Assembly: GCA_029856365.1 (NCBI GenBank)
Contig: JAHQWW010000004.1
Span: forward strand, 32,001-96,000
Direction of reading: 5' to 3'
DNA from: Candidatus Hodarchaeota archaeon
Lineage (GTDB): Archaea; Asgardarchaeota; Heimdallarchaeia; Hodarchaeales; Hodarchaeaceae
Length of the DNA: 64,000 nt
Part shown: positions 1 to 9,477 of the stretch, piece after piece
Position numbering within the stretch: position 1 is the first letter of the stretch
Layout of the letters: the number at the start of each line of letters is the position of its first letter
Notes under the pieces: model-generated
The model's input: the letters and a program-made list of their open reading frames with translations, nothing else
What the model was told of the DNA's origin: nothing
Databases searched by the model: none
Program-made: the position numbers and the translations under genes

Positions 1-903
1 ATGGTGTTCAAATAGTTCTGAACGCAGTAGACGTTCAACAATTACTCGTTGCTCAAGATCATCAATTGAATAGACTAATTCAGAGCTTTTGGTCAAAATT
101 TCAATAAGAACATCTTCTGCGTCTTGGATGTTAAAGCTTTCTCTCGTTTCTCTTGCTTTAATCACCAATTGTTGGGTAATAATCAGAGCATCTTCAGGTG
201 TCATGACTTCAGATTCCTTGGCAGAAACAGCTGCATCTGTCCCAACCTCTAATATTGTAGCTTCAGTTCCAACTTGTGCAGCAGACCGTACAAATCGAGC
301 TGTATCTGTTAAATCATCAATCAACATAGCAACATCAATGTACCGTCGTGTTTTCTTCTTATAACTCCAAGAAGCGCGAAATACTCGTTCCACTGTTTGA
401 TCGAGAATTTTTCGCATTTCGGGATCAGAAACAGCTGCAGCAAGAATAGATACAAAAGAACCACAGGAAAGATGATTAATTCCTTTGAATACACGATTTT
501 CTTTAACAATTCGGGCCACCCCTTCATCATCAGACACAAGAGCTACCTTATTGTTATCTTTAAGAGTAAATTTTTTGGCTAAAAGTACAATATCGATATC
601 TGCTGGGTCATCTTTTACTCGAACCATTCGTTCTTGGACAGCATATCTCGCAGTCTGATTCCAAAGATTCGATCCACGATTAACAGGTTCCATCCGAACA
701 TATCTCGGGATGGTTTTCCGTAACTCGCGAAATCTTCCTGGGATGTCTGATTTCGGGAGTTCTTCAGGAACCATCACCTCTATCCCGACAGATGAAGTAA
801 TTTTTTGCAAATTAGGTAATAAAATATCCGAAACACCTGCATTCATCAGAGAAATGAAAAAATTAGTATCAAGTACAACAACATCAAATAGAGTAGCAGA
901 CAC
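1..903 (-). CDS. PIN-domain protein (partial, runs off left edge; missed by ORF track)
   Basis: Manual translation from GTG at 903: MSATLFDVVVLDTNFFISL...DDPADIDIVLLAKK...VALVSDDEGV. This is the PIN acidic motif pattern (LDTN / DxxI / SDD). GAGGAG-like RBS upstream, and the frame stays open to the window edge. Confidence 0.8.
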   Translation of the reverse strand, partial: MSATLFDVVVLDTNFFISLMNAGVSDILLPNLQKITSSVGIEVMVPEELPKSDIPGRFRELRKTIPRYVRMEPVNRGSNLWNQTARYAVQERMVRVKDDPADIDIVLLAKKFTLKDNNKVALVSDDEGVARIVKENRVFKGINHLSCGSFVSILAAAVSDPEMRKILDQTVERVFRASWSYKKKTRRYIDVAMLIDDLTDTARFVRSAAQVGTEATILEVGTDAAVSAKESEVMTPEDALIITQQLVIKARETRESFNIQDAEDVLIEILTKSSELVYSIDDLEQRVIVERLLRSELFEHH

Positions 904-970
904 TGATTGTAACTCCTCGCCAAGAAATTTTATTTATAATAGTCCTTCTTAAGATCAAACAGAATGAAAT

Positions 971-1072
971 AGCGGAGGGCGTGATTCGAACACGCGTAAT
1001 ACAGCTTTGCAGGCTGCTCCTTAGCTAATCGGACTACTAGTCCCGAAGTTATAGCCACTTTGGTACCTCCGC
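971..1072 (-). tRNA. trnC: tRNA-Cys(GCA) with a 28-nt D-loop intron (approx. 1022-1049)
   Basis: Minus strand shows acceptor stem GCGGAGG/CCTCCGC, anticodon arm GCAGC-CTGCAAA-GCTGT, T arm GCGTG-TTCGAAT-CACGC and a U73 discriminator. Removing the hairpin insert, which is bounded by a GCTA/TAGC helix with TAA bulges, leaves 74 nt. Confidence 0.92.
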
Positions 1073-1141
1073 AAATACTTAAAAGACGAAAAGTTTGAAT
1101 ACCAGTTAGTACCAATCAAATCGTTTCTTTTAGCTGGATAA

Positions 1142-1153
1142 TATAAACTTTTT
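1142..1153 (-). promoter_or_regulatory. Putative BRE/TATA promoter for tRNA-Cys
   Basis: AAAAAG-TTTATA on the minus strand, about 70 nt upstream of the tRNA. Confidence 0.35.
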
Positions 1154-1441
1154 CATTACTCTCCTGTTATTCACCCTAAACACTGATTGTAACTTATCAT
1201 CTGCAATATTTCAACAATGATTAAAAACAAGTATCTGTAATATTTCAAGAAATATTATTAATTCATATTTTTGGGCTGAATATATGATCCTAAAGTGAAA
1301 TTTTTCAAATATAGCGGAGTACCTTTAAGATTTGATTAATTTCGAAATAGCTAAGTTATCTTTTCTTTTTTTCACAATATGAACACACAATTCAAAACAT
1401 TAAAGAGAGAAGAATTTTTTGTTTAATTAAGAGGCATCAAA

Positions 1442-2284
1442 ATGAGTGAACAGAGAATACATGCATTTGTTCCTTCAATGGACGGAGAATATGTCCCAAT
1501 TAAATTCACAAGTCCTGAAAAAGATTTGAAGGAAAATGAGGTCATTATTTTTCTAGATGAAGAACAACGACAAATTTTCATTTGGACTGGTTCAAATTCT
1601 TCAGTTCGAAAACGATTCATTAGTTCCCAAATTGCTCGTCAAATGAGACTGGAAAGAGGACTAACACATAGAATATCAACTGAAGACCAGGGTAATGAAA
1701 CTTCGAATTTTTGGGAGTTTATGGATAGCCTTGGAGGCCAAGAAATTACAGCCAGTACTCTTTTAGAGGTTTCTCCCCCTTCAATATCTACTGATCTCCC
1801 TGAGGCAAAACTAACAGAAATCATTACACATCCCACTACTTTGAAACAAGTAGATTCAATAAAAACAAAGACTCCTATCAAAGCTGAAATGAAATCCAAA
1901 GTCATCCCTCCCAAACCAATAGAGAAACCACCACCTGAAGTAATAACTGAAGAATATGAGATTGAATACCATTGTAAGGAAGAAGTCGGCGTTGTAACTG
2001 AATCTGAGGCTAAGATTCTGTTTAAGGCCACTGATCGAAACCTAATCTTATCGACTCTTCATATTTCAACAGCAGCCACAGAGGGTAGAATTGCTTTATA
2101 TTGTATTCCGAAAATAGCAAAAACCACGACTTGTAAGTCAAAAAAGCCAATCTTTGCCATTTACCTGCAAGAAGGGGCTTCAATTATGGAATTAGATGAT
2201 TTATATATACCTATTCCAGCAGGTAATTCCATTTATTTCACATGCCCTGCCAAGACTTTTATTAGCGTAAACTTAGAATCATAA
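1442..2284 (+). CDS. Gelsolin-domain protein with Pro-rich linker and C-terminal beta-rich domain
   Basis: VIIFLDEEQRQIFIWTGSNSSVRKR...EDQGNETSNFW matches the gelsolin repeat consensus (IxxWxGxxS...QGxExxxF). Confidence 0.85.
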   Translation: MSEQRIHAFVPSMDGEYVPIKFTSPEKDLKENEVIIFLDEEQRQIFIWTGSNSSVRKRFISSQIARQMRLERGLTHRISTEDQGNETSNFWEFMDSLGGQEITASTLLEVSPPSISTDLPEAKLTEIITHPTTLKQVDSIKTKTPIKAEMKSKVIPPKPIEKPPPEVITEEYEIEYHCKEEVGVVTESEAKILFKATDRNLILSTLHISTAATEGRIALYCIPKIAKTTTCKSKKPIFAIYLQEGASIMELDDLYIPIPAGNSIYFTCPAKTFISVNLES

Positions 2285-2518
2285 AACAAACATAAGTCAA
2301 TCTCGTGAAAAGTATTCAATCTTCAATCTATTTCATCATTACCTTGATTCATTTTGAAAGTTATATGATAAACTAGATTAGAAGTCAATAGGTAAGATAT
2401 AATCAGAGAGGGAACCTAGAAATCTTTTTAAAATATGGACTAAAGAAATTTTAAGTCCTTGCTAAACTTTGTATAAAAAGGATTTTAATGAATAAAAAGG
2501 TATTTAGGATGCTTTAAA

Positions 2519-3841
2519 ATGGGTGATGCAAGTAAGATCAATTCCCGTATTACAGGTTTCTTCAAAAAAAGTGTAGAAGAACGACAAAACATTATTCAAA
2601 AACTTTGTAATCTAAATCAAGAAGATATAGAGTATTTAAAAGAATCCACCAACACTCTAGATAAAGCTGGTCAAGGTCATTATATAGAAAACACCGTTGC
2701 GGTTATGCAGGTTCCTTTAGGTATCGCTACCAATTTTTCTATCAATGGAACTGATTATTTAGTACCTATGGCCATAGAAGAAGCGTCAGTAGTAGCAGCT
2801 GCCTCAAATTCTGCAAAAGTAGCTCGGACAAATGGGGGATTTTTCACAAGTAGCACACCCCCCATTATGATTGGTCAAATTCAAATGATTAATGTACCTG
2901 ATCCCCACAATGCTCGTGAGAAAATTCTAGAACATGAACAAGAGATTGTAGAATTAGCAAATGAACAGGATCCTATACTGGTGAAATTTGGAGGAGGATG
3001 CCAAGGAATAAACGTGAAAGTATTATCAAATACAATGAAAGGAGCCATGGTTATTACAGAACTATTAGTGGATGTTCGAGATGCAATGGGAGCTAACGCT
3101 GTCAATACAATGAATGAAGCTGTTGCTCAACTGCTGGAAAAGATCGTTGGTGGCCAAGCACTTTTAAGAATCATATCAAACCTGGCAGACAGACGTTTAG
3201 TAAGAGCAAGAGCGGTGTTCAAAGCTAATGAATTGGAAACAAAAGATATGAAAGGTGAAGAAGTGGTTAATGGCATTCTTAACGCATATGCTTTTGCAGA
3301 AGCAGACCCTTACCGATGTAGTACCCATAACAAAGGTATCATGAATGGCATAGATGCAGTGGCAATTGCTACCGCCCAAGATTGGAGAGCGATCGAAGCA
3401 GGTGCTCATACATATGCAGCGGTTAAGGTTCCTGGTAAATATTCCTCGCTCACGACATGGGAAAAAGACGTAAAAGGGGATTTAGTGGGTACCATTGAAT
3501 TACCACTTGCTATTGGTTTAGTTGGAGGTGTTGCACGTATTCATCCTCTTGCTCAAATTTCTTTCAAAATTCTAGGATTGAGTGTTCCTGGAGGAGCGCT
3601 CAAACTTGCAGAAATTATGGCTGCTGTCGGGTTAGCACAGAATTTTGGGGCACTTCGAGCTTTAGCCACTGTAGGCATCCAAGCAGGACATATGAAACTG
3701 CACGCACGAAATTTAGCGGCTTCCATGGGAGCAAAAGGGGTAACTATTGAAAGAATCATTGAGAAAATCTCGGAACGAAAATTGAAAGTCACCTTTGACA
3801 CAGTTAAAGAGATTTATGATGAAGTAAAAGAGGAAATATGA
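2519..3841 (+). CDS. mvaA: Hydroxymethylglutaryl-CoA reductase, class II
   Basis: EEASVVAA, DAMGAN, THNKGIMNG and GIQAGHMKLH motifs of class II HMGR. Confidence 0.95.
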   Translation: MGDASKINSRITGFFKKSVEERQNIIQKLCNLNQEDIEYLKESTNTLDKAGQGHYIENTVAVMQVPLGIATNFSINGTDYLVPMAIEEASVVAAASNSAKVARTNGGFFTSSTPPIMIGQIQMINVPDPHNAREKILEHEQEIVELANEQDPILVKFGGGCQGINVKVLSNTMKGAMVITELLVDVRDAMGANAVNTMNEAVAQLLEKIVGGQALLRIISNLADRRLVRARAVFKANELETKDMKGEEVVNGILNAYAFAEADPYRCSTHNKGIMNGIDAVAIATAQDWRAIEAGAHTYAAVKVPGKYSSLTTWEKDVKGDLVGTIELPLAIGLVGGVARIHPLAQISFKILGLSVPGGALKLAEIMAAVGLAQNFGALRALATVGIQAGHMKLHARNLAASMGAKGVTIERIIEKISERKLKVTFDTVKEIYDEVKEEI

Positions 3842-3876
3842 AAAATCGTTAATGCTTTTATTCATAAGTTAAATGT

Positions 3877-4578
3877 TTAGCTTTCCCTGTTTAGAAGCTG
3901 TAAATTTTCTAAGTAGTCTAATCCATCGTTAATTTTACCATTTCCCTTCCATAAAAATCGTCCCATCAACTTTAGCCTACAATCAGCACGCAATTGATTA
4001 AGCTTTAGTAGAAGATTTACAAGAATCCGAGCTGATGCACCCCAGATAACCTCATTTTCTTTATAATTAAAAAATGGAACCTTGAAAGTAAAATTATTTT
4101 GGTATGTCATTTCCTTAATTGAAAAAATCTCAGGGTTGGTTAAATCATAAATTTGGGGTTCTAAGATATAGTCGATTTCCGGTGTGTATATTCCTCCATT
4201 ATCAACTTCCTTATTATCCTCAACAAAGCCTACAACTGGTGTAACAACAAATTTACTTATTGTTAAGAGATCATCTATTAATCCTAGGACCATTACGTTT
4301 TGAATCCCTAATTCCTCATTTACTTCTCGTAAAGCTGTATGAATTAAATCCTCATCTTGATCGACCTCATACCTTCCTCCTGGGAAAGATATTTCATTCT
4401 TATGATGAGGCACATTTGCAGTTCGGCGTGTAAAAATAAGAGACCAATCCTTCTTACGTTGGATGAAAGGTATTAATACTGCTGCTCGCTGAAAACCTTC
4501 TGGAAGATCAATGATTAACCGGGATTCGCTCTGAAGGAGTAAACGTAATTCTTCAAGACATGTTGGAAAATTTGGCAA
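3877..4578 (-). CDS. Nudix hydrolase, CoA pyrophosphatase family
   Basis: AAVLIP...FTRRT...HKNEISFPGG...ALREVNEELG Nudix box; IWGASA. Confidence 0.9.
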   Translation of the reverse strand: MPNFPTCLEELRLLLQSESRLIIDLPEGFQRAAVLIPFIQRKKDWSLIFTRRTANVPHHKNEISFPGGRYEVDQDEDLIHTALREVNEELGIQNVMVLGLIDDLLTISKFVVTPVVGFVEDNKEVDNGGIYTPEIDYILEPQIYDLTNPEIFSIKEMTYQNNFTFKVPFFNYKENEVIWGASARILVNLLLKLNQLRADCRLKLMGRFLWKGNGKINDGLDYLENLQLLNRES

Positions 4579-5289
4579 TTGAAAATCTCAAGGAACCCTT
4601 TGAAACTTTCTTTATAAAGTACATTCGTGCTATACCAAGTACAAGGATTTACTGAACTGAAGTAGGGGTTATATGAATATCTTTTCCCTCTTAGGTCTAA
4701 TTTAGAAGTAAAACCTTTTATTGTTAAGTATTAGACTTCATTGTTTCGTTAAGTATACGGAAGGTTCTTACCTACAAACTATGGCACCTCGACTAAACCG
4801 TTCACCCCAGTCCTTCTTTTTTACCCAAATGACCTGTCTTTCTTCTCCCATGCCAAATATGAGAATTAAATCTATTAGTTATTTCTCCAGAAAATCAATT
4901 TTTGCTCGTATTTTTTTGATTGAGTCTCCTATTAATCATTTCTCATCTGTCTGCTCCCAATACTAGCCTAAAGAGGAGGTACCACTCCCTTCCCTCCTAG
5001 TTAGGGTGTCTTTACGCGTGTTTGCATCTTTTACGTCTTATATTAGTGAACTTCTTGCTTAAATGTTATAGAAAGATTGATATTTCTTAGCCCCCATCAT
5101 ATCACAAAGTGTATGTATATAATAACCAAAAGACATTAGGAAAATGAATATTATAAAATCGGACAGAATGGTTAAGGAATACACAAAAAGTGTAATAAAT
5201 CCGTTCAAATCGGAAAATATTTCTCCAAAGGGTCAGTTTCTTTGCGTGTATTTTGTTGATTGATATGGTCTAATCTGAGGATTTAGAGA

Positions 5290-5673
5290 GTGCCTTTCAT
5301 TAATATCTCATTCGCTGAAGCTAGCCAATCCTTGCAAGATCCGTCTCTTATCGTTGAATTACTAAAAGAGAAGAAAATCAACCCTAAAGAGTCGAATCTT
5401 CTAGAAAAGTTAGGTCTTTTCTCTAGAAACCGGTCTCCAAGTATTCTTGATGAGATAAGGGTACTATGTGAACAATCATTTGGCATCAAAGGTGAAGACG
5501 CGTTTGAAAAATTGTCTCGTTTTGCTAAAAGCCAGAATAAACGTGTTTCTTGGGTGATTTTTTCACGGACATTCCAATCTATTCAATATGATGACCGAAA
5601 TCCTCTGGAAGATTACAATCCTCGCGTGTCAGAAGTGTTAACCATCACTTCTAAATATAAAGTTGTAAAATGA
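5290..5673 (+). CDS. Hypothetical protein
   Basis: 127-aa ORF; ATGA overlap with the next gene indicates translational coupling. Confidence 0.7.
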   Translation: MPFINISFAEASQSLQDPSLIVELLKEKKINPKESNLLEKLGLFSRNRSPSILDEIRVLCEQSFGIKGEDAFEKLSRFAKSQNKRVSWVIFSRTFQSIQYDDRNPLEDYNPRVSEVLTITSKYKVVK

Positions 5674-7460
5674 CTCGTGTAGTGACTCTAATGCAACAAT
5701 CAGACTGTGAAGAGCTAGTACGTGAAGCAACAGAAGCTTCTAAGCATTCTCTTGATGTTTCAGCAGCGATTTTTGAAGAGGCAGCAAAATGTTATGACAA
5801 ACTGGGAGATCGGAAAAAAGCTGGGCAATATCTCACTTTAGCAGGAGACTTTTTTCTTGATTTAGATAATAAAGAAAGAGCAGCCTCATGTTATGGAAAA
5901 GCAATAATGAGGCATTTAATGATTGATGATATAAACACGGCTGAAATCTTGCTTGAAAAAGGAAAAGAATATGGATTTTCCTCATCAACTCATCAATATA
6001 GAATTGCATTAGATACGCTGGAAAGACAAAAGAAAGCAAAAACTGAGGAAGATGAAACTGAAGAACCAATAAAAGAAGCAGAAGCCCTTCCAGATGTTGA
6101 TATTCTACCACTTGAAGAGGAAGAAGAAGAGGAGTTAATTCCCCTTGATAATGATTTTTTTTCTCTTGACAAAGATACTCAACCAAAAAAGCAAGAATTC
6201 ATGATTCCTCAACTCGAGAAGGAACAACCCTCAACATTAGGTTCCTATGCTGTTCTTGCAGCCGTTTCACAGGTAACAAGAGAGAAAATAAGTCATGAAA
6301 TTCAAACTAATGCATTTGTAAAGAATTCATCTGGTGAATCACAATTTCTTGAACCACAGTTTACCTTAAGTCCAGTAGAACCTATTGATAATTCAAATGA
6401 TGTTGTCGACATATTAACAAGTAGTCATCCTCCTGATTCTGAGGTTAAAGAAGAATCAGTTCCATTTGAATACTTAAAAAGTAGTGATACTCTTGATTTA
6501 GACTATACAGCAAAAACGGAAATCACTAATGAATTTGAGGACGATTTGGTTGATATCGAAATTATTAATACTATTCCATTCAGCTTTCAAGTAGTTAATA
6601 TTGTAACGGAATTTGAATTAGATGAAAAAAAGCGTACAAGTGATGGATTGGTTTTTACTTGGAAAAAAGATAGGATAGAACCTGGAGAAAAGATTTCTGT
6701 TGAGTATATTCTGAGAAAGCGAGTAGAACGCTCTATTATTTTAAGAAAAGAAAACAAAGTTTCTGTGATAAATATTTATCAATCTATACAGCAAGATTTG
6801 CAGGCTAAATTGGATTTTGTGAATACATCGGGAAAAGTTTTTCATGAAATCTTGGTGGAGGATGTCATTCCCCCCGAATTAATAGTCAATAATTCCAATT
6901 CGAACAAAAAAATCAAACCTGTGACAATACCAACACATGATAGTACCCTTTATAGATGGATTTTCAGCACACTGTTACCAGGTGACAATTTTTCCGTATT
7001 TTATGAATTTCGTGAGAAACCTCTAACTAGACATTATATTGATGAGTATGAATGTGATACTGGTTTCGCCAAAATTGAGAAAATATCACAACCAGCTGTG
7101 GATACTAAACAATGTGAGTACTTGTGGTTTTATTCTTTAGAGAATTCGACATCTGATGACATTACTATGATAGATCGAATTCCTTCAGACTACAATCTAA
7201 TGTTAGTAGATCCACCCCATTTGACCCCTTCCATAAAGAAAGAAAAAACTCATCAAGTTCTAACTTGGCAATTAAGTTCTGACGAAGTTAGAATAATACT
7301 AGTTTTAAGGATAAATGGATCCGAGTCATTCACTTCATTGGCACCTTCGATTGAGTTCACTCGTGGAGAACAACCCCAACTAGTTGAGAAGACAACGAAA
7401 TCAGAGAAAAAAATGGTCAACTTGTGTCGTTTGAAAAAAATATTGAAGGAGTCGATTTAA
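5670..7460 (+). CDS. SNAP/TPR-like helical N-terminus, acidic linker and three Ig-like (DUF11-type) repeats
   Basis: FEEAAKCY...AGQYLTLAGDFF...AASCYGKA helical repeats; three repeats of N..(D/N)xIP..W..(PG) beta-sandwich type; no signal peptide. Confidence 0.7.
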   Translation: MTRVVTLMQQSDCEELVREATEASKHSLDVSAAIFEEAAKCYDKLGDRKKAGQYLTLAGDFFLDLDNKERAASCYGKAIMRHLMIDDINTAEILLEKGKEYGFSSSTHQYRIALDTLERQKKAKTEEDETEEPIKEAEALPDVDILPLEEEEEEELIPLDNDFFSLDKDTQPKKQEFMIPQLEKEQPSTLGSYAVLAAVSQVTREKISHEIQTNAFVKNSSGESQFLEPQFTLSPVEPIDNSNDVVDILTSSHPPDSEVKEESVPFEYLKSSDTLDLDYTAKTEITNEFEDDLVDIEIINTIPFSFQVVNIVTEFELDEKKRTSDGLVFTWKKDRIEPGEKISVEYILRKRVERSIILRKENKVSVINIYQSIQQDLQAKLDFVNTSGKVFHEILVEDVIPPELIVNNSNSNKKIKPVTIPTHDSTLYRWIFSTLLPGDNFSVFYEFREKPLTRHYIDEYECDTGFAKIEKISQPAVDTKQCEYLWFYSLENSTSDDITMIDRIPSDYNLMLVDPPHLTPSIKKEKTHQVLTWQLSSDEVRIILVLRINGSESFTSLAPSIEFTRGEQPQLVEKTTKSEKKMVNLCRLKKILKESI

Positions 7461-7481
7461 ACGTCTAATCTGCCAGATTTC

Positions 7482-9425
7482 GTGGAACCACCAAGAATGG
7501 ACCTTACTATCCTTGCAGTCCGCTGGGATGATATTTCAGGTCCATCTATAATTTCTTTGTTTCCGCATGCTGCGTTAAACGACCCTGAATCTGTCGCCTT
7601 GCAAATTTATCTTGCATCTGTGACAGTTTTTGGGCAACATGGTCATTCACAACGAACAGAATTCTCTGTTCCTTTATTAAGCTTAGGTAAAGGTATCTCG
7701 GCCCGTGTTGCTTTTGATTCATGGCCAGATACTAGTTTACGAGGAAAAGAACGTCCATTTTTTTTAGCATTTTTGACAGATCAATCCACAGACGAAATCT
7801 TAAGCTCTCATCTGAATAACTTCATTTTTGAATATCTAGATATCCTGAAAGAGGAGATCGCTGATTTCTCTGCTCAAAAGATCTGGGATAAAATAGCTGA
7901 ATCACTTCATGCTTTAGAGACAGAAGATAAATTCGACGCCATTTCCTTTGAGGTTAATTCGGATTATGCCATTCCTCGAGCTCTACAAGATCTTGAAACC
8001 GCTAAAGAAGCTTGGGAAAATCTCAAGGACAGAAATCAATTATGGACAGCTTTACGTGTTGCAAACAGGTTAGAAAACGTTGATGATAAAGCAGCAGGAT
8101 TTGCTTTCTCTCTAGTCGGCAAGATTTTTTTGACTGGAAACAGTTATCGAGAGGCAGGAGAATCTTATGAAAAAGCCATAAACTGCTACTCTCGCATTCG
8201 ATTGTTTGAGAAAGCTGGTGAAGCTTCATATTTTGCAGGTAAGTGCGCTTATCATTTACAAGAATATGAGAAAGCAATTGAACTTATTCAGGCTGCAACC
8301 CTTTGGATAAAAGATCCCTCCTTAATCGCATCACTCAATTATGATATGGGTATTGTACTCCATGAACAGTCGCGCTATGAAGAATCAAATGTATGCTTTG
8401 AGAAAGCAGTTAGGTTAACATCGGATAAACAGACTGCAGCTGAATATTCATCAACTTTTGCAAGTAAATTAATGCTTCAAGCTGAAAAAGAAAAAGAAGA
8501 AAATCCTACTTATGCGTTTGGATTAATTCGGAGATCAGCTGAACAACGAGAAGAAGCCTCTCGTTTATTACAGTTAACAGAGGAAAACTCTAAAAAAGCA
8601 GCAACATCATTGATCTTGGCAGCGAGCGCTTACTTCTCACTAGGAAATAAAAAAAAAGGAGGGAATCTTTTAGAGGATGCAACAAATCTTTTTATTGAAG
8701 CTGGAGATTATATTTCCGCAGGTAAGTCATTATATGATGGTGCTCGAATGATCAGGGATAGAGAAAGGTCTTATGAGTTACTTTCCCGTGCATTATCTTT
8801 GTTAAGAGAACGAGAGATCACGATTAAAGAAAACAGACTTTTAGGCCTGATTTCATTTGAAAAGGGTAAAATTGAGGAGAAAAAAAACAAGTGTTCTCCT
8901 GCCCTAGAGTCATTTAATTATGCTCTTCAGTGTCTTTCTAGATCAAGTACTCCCATTTCTGATCTTATTCCTGTTCAAATTCAGTATGCCAACGCTCTTT
9001 TTCGAATGGAAGATTTCGAAAAAGCTGCAGAGCTATTTCTTGCTGGAACTAAAGGATTGTCAACACTTCCTTCTACAGAAATTGTCGTGGACCAAAAGAA
9101 AAAAGCATTAATGAATGCATTAATTAGTTTACGTCGAGCAAGTACTGCGTATCATAACGCTGCTATCATTATTCTGAAGGAAAAGGACGAAAACCGTGCG
9201 ATGTCGATGTTCGCTCATTCTGTTTCACTATTGTTAGAGTGGGTCGAAAATAATCCAAAAAGTAATCAAGATGAAGTTAAAAAGGTGGTAACAACCCGTG
9301 TTTCACGTTTATCGTTAAAAAAGGATCTTCTATTGCTAGCTGAGTCCAAATTCAAGTTAGATTCTATGATTGAAAGCCTAAATATGACCCATCAATCACT
9401 TGGAACTACTGATAATAATGAATAA
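7482..9425 (+). CDS. uDENN/longin-like domain plus TPR/SNAP-like repeat protein
   Basis: N-terminal ILAVRWDDISGPSIISLFP resembles the hhhxF/WDxxxGP uDENN signature; TPRs such as YDMGIVLHEQSRYEESNVCFEKAV. Confidence 0.75.
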   Translation: MEPPRMDLTILAVRWDDISGPSIISLFPHAALNDPESVALQIYLASVTVFGQHGHSQRTEFSVPLLSLGKGISARVAFDSWPDTSLRGKERPFFLAFLTDQSTDEILSSHLNNFIFEYLDILKEEIADFSAQKIWDKIAESLHALETEDKFDAISFEVNSDYAIPRALQDLETAKEAWENLKDRNQLWTALRVANRLENVDDKAAGFAFSLVGKIFLTGNSYREAGESYEKAINCYSRIRLFEKAGEASYFAGKCAYHLQEYEKAIELIQAATLWIKDPSLIASLNYDMGIVLHEQSRYEESNVCFEKAVRLTSDKQTAAEYSSTFASKLMLQAEKEKEENPTYAFGLIRRSAEQREEASRLLQLTEENSKKAATSLILAASAYFSLGNKKKGGNLLEDATNLFIEAGDYISAGKSLYDGARMIRDRERSYELLSRALSLLREREITIKENRLLGLISFEKGKIEEKKNKCSPALESFNYALQCLSRSSTPISDLIPVQIQYANALFRMEDFEKAAELFLAGTKGLSTLPSTEIVVDQKKKALMNALISLRRASTAYHNAAIIILKEKDENRAMSMFAHSVSLLLEWVENNPKSNQDEVKKVVTTRVSRLSLKKDLLLLAESKFKLDSMIESLNMTHQSLGTTDNNE

Positions 9426-9477
9426 TTCTATAATATTTTTTAGTCTGGAGGATATCCATTTTTCTTCTTTAAGCCGT

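Noticed and set aside
89-952. Short ORFs 89-364, 321-539, 397-582 and 710-952, and similar antisense ORFs across the window
   Set aside because: They shadow well-supported genes on the opposite strand or in another frame
4580-5289. ORF 4721-4966 or ncRNA in a 700-bp intergenic gap with an imperfect hairpin near 4965-5005
   Set aside because: No recognisable protein or RNA family; all minus frames are broken by stops
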